From: a bacterium
GTDB taxonomy: Bacteria; Caldisericota; Caldisericia; UBA6126
Assembly: GCA_021372585.1 (NCBI GenBank)
Contig: JAJFUD010000059.1
Coordinates: 2,035 to 66,034, forward strand
Reading direction: 5' to 3'
Length of the DNA stretch: 64,000 nucleotides
Shown here one piece after another: positions 1-10,589 of this stretch; the first letter of the stretch is position 1, and every line of letters starts with the position of its first letter. Under the pieces are notes generated by a model that saw nothing but the letters and a program-made list of their open reading frames with translations, had not been told where the DNA came from and did no database searches. The translations under genes were made by a program, and so were the position numbers.

Positions 1-36
1 CTATTTGATTTGATAAAAAATGCCTTTTTATTTCAA

Positions 37-59
37 CCCGTGACAAAATGTCACGGTTT
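37..59. terminator. Hairpin CCGTGAC-aaaat-GTCACGG flanked by T-runs on both sides (possible bidirectional intrinsic terminator)
   Basis: 7-bp perfect stem read directly. TTTTTATTT lies upstream and TTTATTG downstream. Confidence 0.4.
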
Positions 60-648
60 ATTGTAATTCAGGTACAGCAGAAGAAGTCTATTTTAAAACC
101 ACAACAAGCCTGTTGTTATTTGATTGTACGGTTAAACCAAGAATTTTAGAATAGAAATCCATTGGAAAGAAAGTGAAACTACTACGAATAATGGGAAAAA
201 TGAAATGATTATACTGTCTTCCATTAAATATGATATAGCTTTGATTGATAGATGATATTTGTTCTAATATTGAAAAGAATGAAAGTAAGCCAATTGATTA
301 TTCATATTGGAGGAAATTGCCTATTACATGAGAAATGAAGCGCTGGATAAATTTCTTGATTTTGTTTGGATTTCTTTTAGAGAAGAAGTCTGGAACTATG
401 GAAACTTCCAGCCTATTTGGATCCGTTGTTACAATAGATTTAAGCCGTCCCTCCGGAGAAAATGAGCCATAATTCCGTTTTGAAAGGCACTATTTTTCCT
501 AAATTCCAGATTCATTGCTCTACAAGAACCCAAGAAAGCTTCATGTCAGAGCCAGAATTTTTAATCTGATCTGCTTTGTTCCGAAAGGTGAAATCATACC
601 ATTCATTGATTTGTTCTTTTGTGAGAAAAATCGTTCTAACTTCAAGGT

Positions 649-1425
649 TTACAAATTGGGGATATCGCCGATGCTTTCTAAAACCAATCTGGGACGATAA
701 GGGTATTTTTCTATATTTTCCCTGGAGGTGACACCGGTAAGTACTAAAACGGTATCTAAGCCAGACTCAACTCCTGCCTGAATATCCGTATCCATACGAT
801 CTCCTATCATAGCGGTTTCAGCGGAATGTATCCCCAATATTTTCAAGCCCGTCCTCATCATTAAAGGATTTGGCTTACCGATATAATAGGCTTTCTTTCC
901 AGTGGACGCTTCAATTGGCGCTAAAAGGGCCTGACAGGCAGGTATGATTCCCTTTTCTGTAATCCCGGTAATATCGGGGTTGGTTCCGATAAGCCTGGCT
1001 CCTTTCATGACTAGATGTATCGCAAGACAGATTTTATCGTAATTATAATTAATGGTTTCGCCGATGACTACATATTCAGGATTGACATCATTTAAGGTAA
1101 TGCCTACATCGTGCAAAGCATTATACAAACCCGGGTCACCTATTACATAAGCAGTACAACCCGGATTTTGTAGGTCCAGGAATTTCGCAGTGGCTAATGC
1201 GCTAGTATAAATATGGCTTTCATCGATATCAAGACCCATTCTGTCCAATTTTCTCTGAAGTTCTTTCGGTGTTTTACCACTCCCGTTTGTCAAAAACAAG
1301 AATTGCTTGTTTTCCTGACGAAGCCAATCCACAAATCCCTTTACTCCCGGAATGAGATGGTCGCCTTGGTAAATTACGCCGTCCATATCACAGATAAATC
1401 CTTTTTTTGATCGCAGCAGATCCAT
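649..1425 (-). CDS. HAD-superfamily subfamily IIA hydrolase (NagD/UMP-phosphatase-like)
   Basis: N-terminal DMDGV motif, a FLTNGS-type motif II and a GDRMDTDI motif, over a typical 258-aa length. Separated from arsC by 79 bp on the same strand. Confidence 0.8.
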   Translation of the reverse strand: MDLLRSKKGFICDMDGVIYQGDHLIPGVKGFVDWLRQENKQFLFLTNGSGKTPKELQRKLDRMGLDIDESHIYTSALATAKFLDLQNPGCTAYVIGDPGLYNALHDVGITLNDVNPEYVVIGETINYNYDKICLAIHLVMKGARLIGTNPDITGITEKGIIPACQALLAPIEASTGKKAYYIGKPNPLMMRTGLKILGIHSAETAMIGDRMDTDIQAGVESGLDTVLVLTGVTSRENIEKYPYRPRLVLESIGDIPNL

Positions 1426-1504
1426 CTTTATTATTCCCTTCCATCAAGAACAAATCAACTATTTATAGTATACACAATCAAAACTTCAAGTAACATTATA
1501 AAGT

Positions 1505-1930
1505 TTAATCCTTATATTTAGCAATGAACTCCAGCACTTTTAATTTAATTTCATCCCGGATTTTTCTTGTTTTTTCGAGTTTTAAATCATATGATCCTTC
1601 AAAGTCAGTCGGGTCTTCAATGTTCCAGTTAAGGCTCTGGTGAGTTAATGGAAAAATCGGACATTTTTGCCCTTTCATCTGGTCGCAAACTTTTATCACG
1701 AAGGAATATATTTTCCCTTGTTGATAAAAATGAAAAACGGATTTTACTTTATTCTGGCTGATATCATAACCGATCTCTTTCATGACTTGAACGGAGAAAG
1801 GATCCAACTTCCCTGGTTCTAATCCAGCGCTTTCTGCAAAAAAAACACCCTTGCCTAACTGGTTTAGAAAGGCTTCTGCCATTTGACTTCTGGCTGAGTT
1901 ATGAACACAAACAAATAGTACTTTAATCAT
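1505..1930 (-). CDS. arsC: Arsenate reductase, thioredoxin-coupled LMW-PTPase family (ArsC)
   Basis: N-terminal CVHNSARSQMAE P-loop (CX5R). Downstream Cys pair (CDQ...KCP) like Bacillus ArsC Cys82/Cys89. 141 aa. Confidence 0.7.
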   Translation of the reverse strand: MIKVLFVCVHNSARSQMAEAFLNQLGKGVFFAESAGLEPGKLDPFSVQVMKEIGYDISQNKVKSVFHFYQQGKIYSFVIKVCDQMKGQKCPIFPLTHQSLNWNIEDPTDFEGSYDLKLEKTRKIRDEIKLKVLEFIAKYKD

Positions 1931-2287
1931 ATTCCCCTTTCCACTAAAGAAATAACAATATATTTATATATATATTACTCAAAGATTGCTTCCCACTATT
2001 AAGATTGTGTTAAGGGCAAAAATAGTTACAGATGGTTCTTTTTGATACCTCAGTGCTGATTAAAACCTTTTTGCTGACGTTAACAAAATGGTCAGATATT
2101 ACAAACCACCTCAGCTAATTTTTTACACAGGAGACAGATACTATGATTCACAGAAGCTGGTTCTTATTAGCGAGGAAGAGCATGATCTCAACGCAATTCT
2201 TCTTTCAATCATTATATTGTCATTACGAAGCTCTTATATATTGATATAATAGTATTATGAAACTAGTGATTGTATCAATAACAATGG

Positions 2288-2482
2288 ATGATCGTAAATG
2301 GCTCCGAACAAAAAGATTTATGGGGAATTAATTTGTACCCATTTAATAAAAAAGAGGATATGATCGAGTTTGATTCTTTGATTAACCTTAAACCTTGGAC
2401 AGGCAATCGAACAAGAGACGTTGAGGATCCTTTGATCAAACAGAAAATAATCAATATTGTTAATCAGTTGGTAAAGAATTGA
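2288..2482 (+). CDS. Small hypothetical protein (64 aa), translationally overlapped with the next ORF
   Basis: ORF only. Its stop TGA overlaps the TTG start of the next ORF (TTGA). Confidence 0.3.
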   Translation: MIVNGSEQKDLWGINLYPFNKKEDMIEFDSLINLKPWTGNRTRDVEDPLIKQKIINIVNQLVKN

Positions 2483-2841
2483 GTTTCATTCATCGTGAAT
2501 TAGCTTCCGGAAAGTGGAGAGAGCTCTCTTTTCTTGAACAGATGGGCAATATCGGAAGTGAAATCGACAGAACGATAAAATGGAAGTTACAGCAAAAACC
2601 TGATTTAAGCTCAAAAGTCTTTGAAAGAGCTTTAGAGTTAGTTGATTTGACTATTCAGGATCCTAAGAACCTAAAACGCCTCCGTGAATTATGTCGGGTA
2701 AGAGAAGCACTGGTTGATTACTTTATTTATGATAATCAGTACGAATCGAATGACGACTTGTGGCATCAATATTTTTATGTATTTGCCTATGCAGCCCAAA
2801 ACCGTAAACATTTACAAGGCTTCGAAAACAAACCGAGTTAA
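2479..2841 (+). CDS. Hypothetical all-alpha protein, possibly MazG-like NTP pyrophosphohydrolase fold
   Basis: Weak resemblance to MazG-type helices (E..G..(S)E.D / ELVDLT ... KRLRE). TTG start. Confidence 0.3.
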   Translation: MSFIHRELASGKWRELSFLEQMGNIGSEIDRTIKWKLQQKPDLSSKVFERALELVDLTIQDPKNLKRLRELCRVREALVDYFIYDNQYESNDDLWHQYFYVFAYAAQNRKHLQGFENKPS

Positions 2842-2850
2842 CTTTTTTTC

Positions 2851-4344
2851 TTACTCCAACCAAGTAATGAATTGGAAATTGCCAACATCTGGCAGGGGTA
2901 CTTCTTTGCATTCCGGCATCTCAATTACGATACTTTTCCTTTTTTTATTATATCCGGAAATGACAACGTATTTTCCATCATTTGTAGCACCATCGAGGAC
3001 AAAATCCTCCAGGTTACTTTCAATAATTGGATATTCTTTTCCTTCTTTAAAATTGTACATATAGGGTATCTGCATCATGGCACTTTGTTCTTTCTGGCTC
3101 CAGAAGTACCAATTAGTACCATCATTCGAGAGGGGAATCGCATTGTCTGCTTTTTTATCAAATGTTTTCGTAGTCCCTTCGATCAAATTATGCAGTATGA
3201 TAAGACCACCCTTTTTCTCATCCTGAATTCGGATATCAATGAATCTTCCTTTTGTGGTCGAATGGGTGATGATTAAAAAATCCTTCTTGATTGAATTGGA
3301 TTGATGGAGGATAGAGGTTTTATTGACACTGCTATCCCATTTATAGAGACTTTTCATTTTTGTCAGTTGGTTTTGTGTAAAGAAAATCACATGATTTTCA
3401 TCTGCCACTTCAAAGCTCTCTATATCGTCAAAGGCGTGAAAGGAAAAAAACTTCCACTCTTTATCAGGAGACATGTACGAGCAAACAGGTATTGAATTCG
3501 TCCCGTATTCACAAAGAAACAGATAAGGCTTTTGTCCGACATAAATAAATCGAACTTCCATCAGATTCTCTTTCAATATATCCTTCACTCCGGTATCCAG
3601 GGAGTAGCGAATCAGCATGTTCTCTTCTACCACAGCTAACCAACGCCCGAAAGAGGAGGCTGAATAGGCTTCTCCTTCAAAAGTAGCCAACAATTTTGAC
3701 TCATTTGTCGTGGTATTCCACCAGTAAACTTTCTTTGAGTCAATATCTTTCGCTTTTTTTGATCGAGTTATGAAGTAAAAACGATCCGATTCACCTTGCT
3801 CATACCAGGCATCAGAAACTATTTCTTCAGAAGAAACCGGAAACATGATTTCTTTTTGTTGCTTGATGGAAAAGAGAGAGAATGTGTAAAGCAATTTTTC
3901 ATTTTGCGTCTGCTGTAACCAATATTTAAACAAACAGAATTTTTTATCATCAGAAACCTCATAGCTTTCAATCCACCGATTTGAGAGTGATTTTGGTTGA
4001 ATCTTTGGGATGATACAAGCCAAAGTATTTTTTTCTTTGTCCCATTCCCACAAGCTATTAAGAGAGGAAGAGCTGATTATGAAAAAGGTTTGTGAACCCA
4101 TTCGTGAAAAATTGGAAACCACACCATCCCCCATTTTGGTGATTTTGGTGAGGGATCCATCGACTCCAACCACTGTTGCCTGATCATTCATTAAAACCAG
4201 TGCGGAGGGAGCGGATAATCTTTCAGGCAACATGGTTACCTGCTCGTTGGGGATATAGGCAGAACACCCTTGCACGAATAGCAACATTAGTATAAAGCCA
4301 ATCATTTTCTTCATATCACTCCTCTTTCTTTTCACCGGGAGCAA
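2851..4344 (-). CDS. Hypothetical lipoprotein, probably beta-propeller-like
   Basis: Signal peptide with lipobox (LLFVQGC). 497 aa, rich in W/Y beta-strand-like repeats. No family recognised. Confidence 0.6.
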   Translation of the reverse strand: MLPVKRKRSDMKKMIGFILMLLFVQGCSAYIPNEQVTMLPERLSAPSALVLMNDQATVVGVDGSLTKITKMGDGVVSNFSRMGSQTFFIISSSSLNSLWEWDKEKNTLACIIPKIQPKSLSNRWIESYEVSDDKKFCLFKYWLQQTQNEKLLYTFSLFSIKQQKEIMFPVSSEEIVSDAWYEQGESDRFYFITRSKKAKDIDSKKVYWWNTTTNESKLLATFEGEAYSASSFGRWLAVVEENMLIRYSLDTGVKDILKENLMEVRFIYVGQKPYLFLCEYGTNSIPVCSYMSPDKEWKFFSFHAFDDIESFEVADENHVIFFTQNQLTKMKSLYKWDSSVNKTSILHQSNSIKKDFLIITHSTTKGRFIDIRIQDEKKGGLIILHNLIEGTTKTFDKKADNAIPLSNDGTNWYFWSQKEQSAMMQIPYMYNFKEGKEYPIIESNLEDFVLDGATNDGKYVVISGYNKKRKSIVIEMPECKEVPLPDVGNFQFITWLE

Positions 4345-4525
4345 CCTCTTCTTCTTTTCAGCTGTTGGAGGAAGCTGCTCTTTCGGATCCTTCTCATTTA
4401 TTCTACACTAATACTACCATTTTTATAAAACCCTATCACCCATTATTATATCTTCTGAAACAATTATTTTCCTTCCCTCTATAATCTTAGTATAGTATTG
4501 GTATTGAAAAAAGGAGAGGGACAAT

Positions 4526-4645
4526 ATGCTCTATGAGTACGACGTGGTAACGAAACCTATCATCTTTTTTTGGAATGTACCGAAAATACTTAAACAGACT
4601 TTTAAAAAAATAAATTGGGACAGTCCCAATTTATTTTTTGTATGA
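4526..4645 (+). CDS. Candidate small protein (39 aa) with strong RBS and palindromic terminator
   Basis: AAGGAGAGGG sits 6 nt upstream of the ATG. The 3' end overlaps a roughly 17-bp palindrome followed by a T-run. Confidence 0.3.
   Translation: MLYEYDVVTKPIIFFWNVPKILKQTFKKINWDSPNLFFV
4605..4639. terminator. Palindrome AAAAAAATAAATTGGGAC-A-GTCCCAATTTATTTTTT (bidirectional terminator-like)
   Basis: Read directly. About 17-bp arms with an A-run on one side and a T-run on the other. Confidence 0.5.
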
Positions 4646-4970
4646 CCATAAAGGATACATAGCAGAAATGGTATATTTGTTCTTTTATTAATAAAGTAGA
4701 TCCGATCAAGGTAATTTGAATATTTTAGTGTGTTTGGCTTAAAAGTTAAAAAATTAAATGAAAAATAATCAATTTATTTTGTTTAAAATTAAAAAATGTT
4801 AGGTATACTTTCTTGCCCAAAAAAACCGTGCAAAATAACGAATTTTAACGAACGTAAAAATACACTTTAAGTACTTTCCTATTGTAAAATAAAAAACGCG
4901 CTAAATTACCCTATTTATAGCAATTTCGATTGAAAGTAGATTTTTTTCAATAGAGAAAGGGTAAAAAATG

Positions 4971-5831
4971 TTAAGTATTTTTTTGAATTAGCCAATCGAA
5001 GAAAAAACAGGGACGTTTTTTATTAGGATTTAGGTAAACGGTTCTTTGTTTTGTCATGATAATAGCCGGTAATGGCCCTCCATTTAATATGGCAGCGGTT
5101 TGTTTGGCTTTATAGACTGCTTCTTCTTGATTTTCACCAGTAAAAGGTATAATAATCTTTCCGGTTAAGAAAATTTCACTCGTTGATATTTCTGTTAATA
5201 AATGTTGGTCTAAGAATAGTTGAATCTTTTTTCCTTGGTTAGATAACCATTTTAAACTGAGTGCTTTTTTACCTTCTTCATTGAGCAGAAGTACCACAAC
5301 CGGTTTTTTTGTAACACCATCAGCATTGGTTTGAAGAACATAATCCGCATCGGCTAAGTGTACATTCGTTAATATCTCATCCCCTGATGTGTCTGTAACC
5401 GAAAATTTTCCTTCAGCAAAGATAATATTTTCGACTAAGCTGATATCGTTAAAAGTATTATTCTTTTTTATTTCATCAGGCTGTAGATAAATATTTTTCA
5501 CACTAATCTGGAATCGATGATAAGGGATGGTTCTTATTACAGGGTGCACGATGCCAATCTCTTCAAACCTCAGACTAAGGCACTTCTTAATCTGATCCAT
5601 CTTGTTTCGATAAACTTCTTCTTGTTTTTCCTGATTGCCGACATAAGTACGTAGTTCTTTTGTCTCAATGTACAAACCTCCTTTTCGGTATAAATCAATT
5701 TGAATGGGTCTGGGTATCGCAACCGAATATAAAAGTGCGATAAAAAATATGGCGAGAGCAATATAAAAAACTATCCTAAGCCAGTGTTTGTTTTTTCTTG
5801 TTCGTGTTTTACTTTGTTTCTTCATTCTCAA
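4971..5831 (-). CDS. Membrane-anchored SecD periplasmic head (P1) domain protein lacking the SecD/SecF transmembrane bundle
   Basis: Single N-terminal TM. IDLYRKGG matches the SecD GLDLQGG motif. C-terminal FTGENQEEAVYKAKQTAAILNGGPLPA matches SecD FTAQEAKDLASILNAGALP. The ORF stops right after this and no TM segments follow. The start may be an ATG two codons inside the TTG. Confidence 0.6.
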   Translation of the reverse strand: MRMKKQSKTRTRKNKHWLRIVFYIALAIFFIALLYSVAIPRPIQIDLYRKGGLYIETKELRTYVGNQEKQEEVYRNKMDQIKKCLSLRFEEIGIVHPVIRTIPYHRFQISVKNIYLQPDEIKKNNTFNDISLVENIIFAEGKFSVTDTSGDEILTNVHLADADYVLQTNADGVTKKPVVVLLLNEEGKKALSLKWLSNQGKKIQLFLDQHLLTEISTSEIFLTGKIIIPFTGENQEEAVYKAKQTAAILNGGPLPAIIMTKQRTVYLNPNKKRPCFFFDWLIQKNT

Positions 5832-6190
5832 TTATTTCATCCTCTTCATAAAAGTGATTAAAAAATAAAGGTAACATCGGATAGCGATATCGAAACCAGT
5901 ACATGAAACAAACTTCCAGCATCACCAGAAAAATAAAACCAGAAATAAAAATTACATCAAACCAATCAACCATATCCAAAAATATAGATAAAAAAACTTG
6001 ATTTCATAGCTTTTCAAACGAAAAGATGCTTCTTGATTTCATCTATCCGCAATTTAATCAATTTATCCTGTTTTTCAGGGGACTTGTACTAAAAATAGAG
6101 TAGGGTAATAAGGCAAAGTGAAGGTTTATAATAAGATTACGATCAGGATATAGTGGGATAAATAGACTAGGATTGGTTTTATGTAGACCG

Positions 6191-8650
6191 TTATTTTCGA
6201 TGAAGATGTTTGGAGTACTGAATTGACTTTATGCACTCCCACCAGCCGGTGGAGAGGAATCCAAAAACAATCGCTATTAAGAAGTAGAAGAATGGGACTT
6301 GGTCTGTTTTCACGATATCATTCATGAAAGGAATATAGGTTATGCCTAATACGAGCAGAAAAGTAGCGACATAAATAATGGAAGCAACAAAGTTTTTTTG
6401 ATTTCCATTTTTACGAGCCAAGAACGGAAGGCTAGATCGATTCACCATCACAAGCATTGCATTGCCTACAAATAAAATAACTAGAGCAAAACTTCTGGCT
6501 TTTTCGACTGACAAACCAGCATCGACCAAATAGTGGAACGGGAGAAAGACTGCAAGCAACAAGATCAATCCCTGCAAAATGATCTGAATGGTGAACGATC
6601 GGTTTAACAGGGCTTCTTTAGGATGACGAGGGGGCAGTTCCATTAATCCGGGTTCTGCTTCTTCTGATTCGTAAACAATGGAGCTAGTAGGGTCAATAAT
6701 CAGCTCCATTAGCACGATATGTATCGGGAGCAATATCTGAGGAAGGTTAAAAATCGGGGACAACAATGCCAAACCGGCAATCGGAATATGAATCATCATC
6801 ACGTAGCTGATCGCTTTCTGTATATTGTTATAAATACGTCTTCCATCCTCTATGGCTTTAACAATAGAGACAAAGTTATCATCGAGTAAAACCATATCTG
6901 CAGATTCTTTGGCTACCTCGGTGCCGCGTAATCCCATAGCTATCCCGATGTCAGCTAACTTTAAAGCGGGAGCATCGTTCACACCATCGCCGGTCATACC
7001 CACAATCTCCCCTGCAGATTGAAGCGATTGAATGATCCTGCTTTTTTGTTCGGGTAAAACCCGGCAAACGATGTTTACATTGGGAATTTTTTTGACCAAT
7101 TCTTCCTCTGAGAGCTGTTGGAGATCCTGACCTGACAATAAAACAGGATTATCCGCCAATCCGATTTGCTTGCCGATGGCATTCGCTGTTACGCTATAGT
7201 CTCCTGTCATCATGATAACGCGTACTCCTGCTTTATGACAGGATTGAATCGCTTCCCTGATACCCTCTCTTGGAGGATCCTGAAATGCAATCCACCCGCG
7301 AAATACAAATGGATTTGATTCTAAAGGTTCATTATATTGATCGGTAAGACAATCTGCAACGGCAATGATACGGAGTCCTTTTTCCGCCAGCTGATTCGAT
7401 TGCTCACATATTATGTCATGTTCTTCAATGTCCAGCTTACAAAGATTGAGAATGCTCTCCATGGATCCCTTTGATGCAATCAATATTTTGTCGCCTAGTT
7501 TAAATACATTGGCCACTCTTCTGGAGTGAGAAGTAAAGGGAATCTCTTTAAGATGGATCAATTTTTGTTTTTCAATTAAAGAAGACCTTGGGACTTCCAC
7601 ATAATCCTGTATGGATTGCTCCATTGGATCTACAATCTCAGCGGAAGAGGCTAACAAGGCAATTTCCTGGATTGAAAGACTATGATGAATACTAGGATGA
7701 AGTTCACTCACTTCCTCGATGTGCATTCTGTTTTCAGTTAACGTACCGGTTTTATCGACACATAAAACGGTGATGGACCCCAGTGTTTCCACTGCTGGCA
7801 TCTTTTTAATCAAGGCTTGCCTTCTTGACATACGGAATGCGCCTAATGAAAGGTAAATCGCCAGTACTACGGGAAACTCTTCCGGTATGATGCCCATCGC
7901 TAACGTTATCCCGGCTAATAAACTATTGATCCAGTTTCCGGTATAAACATATTGCAACAAAACAACTAAAGCGCACAGGATAATAGCCAGAGCTGCAAAG
8001 ATGGTAATTAACTTCTTTGTCTTCTTTTGCAAAGGAGAAAGTTGGGATGGCATTTTATTGATCTGATTGGCAATTCTTCCAAAAGCAGTATTTAACCCGG
8101 TATAAAGGATCTCCAGCCAAGCCTGACCTGCTAATACCGCGGTCCCAGCGCTGACAATATCACAATCAAAACGATGCACCGGAACTGATTCCCCGGTTAG
8201 AATGGATTCGTCGATCAATAATCCGGAAGTTTGTTTTAACGTGCCGTCTGCCGGAATACGCATTCCTTCACTAATCAGGCATATATCACCGGGAACCAAT
8301 TCTTTGGCTAATACAGTTTTCTTCTCCCCGTCGCGAATGACAGTAACCCACTCCACCGTTAATTGTTTTAAGGCTTTTAACGCTTTTTCGGTACGCCATT
8401 CCTGGATAATCTCTATAAATGCCACAAAAACGACAAAGATCATCATAATAAAAGCTTCTTTTTTTTCACCCAAGATGAAATACAACGCAGCGGAAACCAA
8501 TAGGAGGATAAACATCGGCTCCTTGAAAACCTCAAAGATTTGCTGTAATAAAGTATGTTTTGTCGGTGGAGTAAGCTCGTTAAAACCTAATTCCTTGAGT
8601 TTCTGATTGGCTTCAGTAGAAGTTAATCCGATTGGGTAATTATCCATCAA
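6191..8650 (-). CDS. P-type cation-transporting ATPase (type II, Ca2+/Mg2+-like)
   Basis: Motifs [20 protein letters not shown] and [10 protein letters not shown], with ten predicted TM segments. 819 aa. Confidence 0.9.
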   Translation of the reverse strand: MMDNYPIGLTSTEANQKLKELGFNELTPPTKHTLLQQIFEVFKEPMFILLLVSAALYFILGEKKEAFIMMIFVVFVAFIEIIQEWRTEKALKALKQLTVEWVTVIRDGEKKTVLAKELVPGDICLISEGMRIPADGTLKQTSGLLIDESILTGESVPVHRFDCDIVSAGTAVLAGQAWLEILYTGLNTAFGRIANQINKMPSQLSPLQKKTKKLITIFAALAIILCALVVLLQYVYTGNWINSLLAGITLAMGIIPEEFPVVLAIYLSLGAFRMSRRQALIKKMPAVETLGSITVLCVDKTGTLTENRMHIEEVSELHPSIHHSLSIQEIALLASSAEIVDPMEQSIQDYVEVPRSSLIEKQKLIHLKEIPFTSHSRRVANVFKLGDKILIASKGSMESILNLCKLDIEEHDIICEQSNQLAEKGLRIIAVADCLTDQYNEPLESNPFVFRGWIAFQDPPREGIREAIQSCHKAGVRVIMMTGDYSVTANAIGKQIGLADNPVLLSGQDLQQLSEEELVKKIPNVNIVCRVLPEQKSRIIQSLQSAGEIVGMTGDGVNDAPALKLADIGIAMGLRGTEVAKESADMVLLDDNFVSIVKAIEDGRRIYNNIQKAISYVMMIHIPIAGLALLSPIFNLPQILLPIHIVLMELIIDPTSSIVYESEEAEPGLMELPPRHPKEALLNRSFTIQIILQGLILLLAVFLPFHYLVDAGLSVEKARSFALVILFVGNAMLVMVNRSSLPFLARKNGNQKNFVASIIYVATFLLVLGITYIPFMNDIVKTDQVPFFYFLIAIVFGFLSTGWWECIKSIQYSKHLHRK

Positions 8651-8667
8651 TAACTCTCCTGGTTTTC

Positions 8668-9210
8668 CTAGTTTTTAGTCTCAATCGCTTCGTTATGGGC
8701 AAGAATATGTTCTGAGAATGTATTTAAGATCGGCTCGCATTTCTCAAACCATTTTTGGGCTTTTCCGGAAAGTTCAGCTTGAAAGTAATCTCTTGCTTGA
8801 ATCTTACTTAGCCACCGCTGAATACGGTCATATTCACCTTCATGCTCTTCTAATTCACCAAAGGTGAAGTGCTTCTGCTGAATTTCGAGCTCCACGTCTT
8901 CATAAAAATGTTGTATATGCTCAATAAGTTCTTGGTATTCGGTATCTCTCTCTTCGTTAAACTTGGAAATAATATCCTTTTCAGAAGTAGAATCCGGGAG
9001 TTTTGTCTGAAAGATATAGGAAATGCCGTTCATTTCTGTGATATCGGCTTGAAGCTGTTGGATGATGGGCTGGATGAAATCCGTTGCCGGCAGCATACAG
9101 ATAGCTTGCTGGAGGTAAACCGCTCCCAATTCTTTTAATTTTCGCCATAATGATACCCTATATCGGGAAGGCTCAGAGGGTATCTTATAGACTATCAATA
9201 TCCAATCCAT
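8668..9210 (-). CDS. ChrB N-terminal-domain-like protein (standalone)
   Basis: N-terminus MDWILIVYKIPSEPSRYRVSLWRKLKELGAVYLQQAICMLP matches the ChrB_N signature (Y..P..PSR.RV..WR.LK..GA..LQ.S...LP). Confidence 0.6.
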   Translation of the reverse strand: MDWILIVYKIPSEPSRYRVSLWRKLKELGAVYLQQAICMLPATDFIQPIIQQLQADITEMNGISYIFQTKLPDSTSEKDIISKFNEERDTEYQELIEHIQHFYEDVELEIQQKHFTFGELEEHEGEYDRIQRWLSKIQARDYFQAELSGKAQKWFEKCEPILNTFSEHILAHNEAIETKN

Positions 9211-9290
9211 CTTGCTCTCTCATCTTTTTAACACCTGTTACAAACATGATTTAAAAGCAATTGTAACTATTGTTACAAAGAATGCAAGGT

Positions 9291-10589
9291 TTATTTTTCC
9301 GGTTGTTCGATAAAGAACTCTTTCTTATTCTCGTCGTAACCAAATAATTCAGAATATCGACCGATATCAATCACAGCATCAAGTTGCTCTTCGGCTCGTT
9401 CTTCAGAGAATTGCCCAACTAATAAATCCATCAGCTCGTTATAATCAATGCGTTTAGATGGTTGTTCGTTAATCATGTTGATTAATTTCAGGATAAAAGG
9501 TACTTTCTCAAGGATAAGTTTTCGATAAATTTCTTTCTTTTCCAACACATCGGCTTCAGCGAATAGTTTTCCGTTTTGGGTAGTAAAGAGATCCCCCTCT
9601 TTTGTCTCCAACAATCCTATCCATTCACCGGCTTCGATAAGGGGCTGGATACGGTCCACATCCATCTGCAGATCCTGAGCTACTTTATAAATATCTGCTC
9701 TTTCTTCCATTTCATAAATATGTTCAATAAAACCGCTCAGAGATTCTTCGCCTACGATTGGTACGAGCATCTTTTGTTCCACTTTTGCAGGTTTTCCGGT
9801 CTTACTGACTTTCTTACCCATCATCACAGAATAAATATAGTCAGAGAGTTTTAGAAATTCCGGATCCTCGCGGTCACGGTAATGAGGGATCGTATTGACA
9901 ATCTCTTCTTTGATCCTTCCGGGATTTTTACTGAAGATAATGATTCTATCAGCAAGTAATATCGCCTCTTCAATGCTGTGGGTAACGAGAACCATCGCTT
10001 TGGTTGGAATCTTTTTCTCAATCCATAAATCCAATAAATCAGTACGCAAATTCTCTGCCGTCAAGATATCCAATCCAGAGAAAGGTTCATCCAGAAAGAG
10101 AATCTCGGGCTCCACCACAAGAGCACGGGCAAAACCAACACGTTGACGCATCCCTCCTGAAAGCTCTTTGGGGTAAGCGGTCTCAAAACCATCAAGTCCT
10201 ATCATGTCAATCCCTGATAAAGCTCGTTTCTCAATCTCATCTGGGGGTACTCCTTTTGCTTTTAATCCGACGCTGACATTATCCAGCACATTTAGCCAGG
10301 GAAAGAGCGCGGCAGATTGGAATACCATCGAAACATTCGGATTGGCACCTTGCATTGGCTTGTCACGATATTGTACCGTACCTTTGGAGGGAGGGATCAA
10401 TCCAGACAGGCATCGTAGAAAGGAGGATTTACCCGATCCGGAAGAACCCAGAATCGCTACGAATTCCCCCTCATGAAGGGAAAAATTAATCTCATCCACT
10501 ACTAGAATCGCCCCATGATTTGGCATCGGGAAAGAAATAGAGACTTGTTTTGCTTCTAATAACAGATTTTTATTCATGTTGAACCTCAT
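9291..10589 (-). CDS. ABC transporter ATP-binding protein, NitT/TauT family, with C-terminal AAA-associated-type extension
   Basis: Walker A GSSGSGKS, signature LSGGMRQRV, Walker B LFLDEP. About 170 extra C-terminal residues, typical of this subfamily. Confidence 0.85.
   Translation of the reverse strand: MRFNMNKNLLLEAKQVSISFPMPNHGAILVVDEINFSLHEGEFVAILGSSGSGKSSFLRCLSGLIPPSKGTVQYRDKPMQGANPNVSMVFQSAALFPWLNVLDNVSVGLKAKGVPPDEIEKRALSGIDMIGLDGFETAYPKELSGGMRQRVGFARALVVEPEILFLDEPFSGLDILTAENLRTDLLDLWIEKKIPTKAMVLVTHSIEEAILLADRIIIFSKNPGRIKEEIVNTIPHYRDREDPEFLKLSDYIYSVMMGKKVSKTGKPAKVEQKMLVPIVGEESLSGFIEHIYEMEERADIYKVAQDLQMDVDRIQPLIEAGEWIGLLETKEGDLFTTQNGKLFAEADVLEKKEIYRKLILEKVPFILKLINMINEQPSKRIDYNELMDLLVGQFSEERAEEQLDAVIDIGRYSELFGYDENKKEFFIEQPEK

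Noticed and set aside
2143-2244. 33-codon ORF with AGGAGA RBS upstream of the 2288 ORF
   Set aside because: Plausible but short and with no recognisable features. Could equally be a 5' leader. Not enough evidence.
5809-5973. 54-aa hydrophobic ORF on the minus strand just upstream of, and overlapping, the SecD-like gene start
   Set aside because: Weak RBS (GGA only) and a frame-shifted overlap with the downstream start. Cannot distinguish from chance in AT-rich DNA.
8202-8606. Antisense ORFs inside large genes (for example 8202-8606, 9576-10476, 16090-16627, 20144-20657, 55386-55864)
   Set aside because: Embedded opposite to, or out of frame in, well-supported conserved genes. Typical spurious ORFs.
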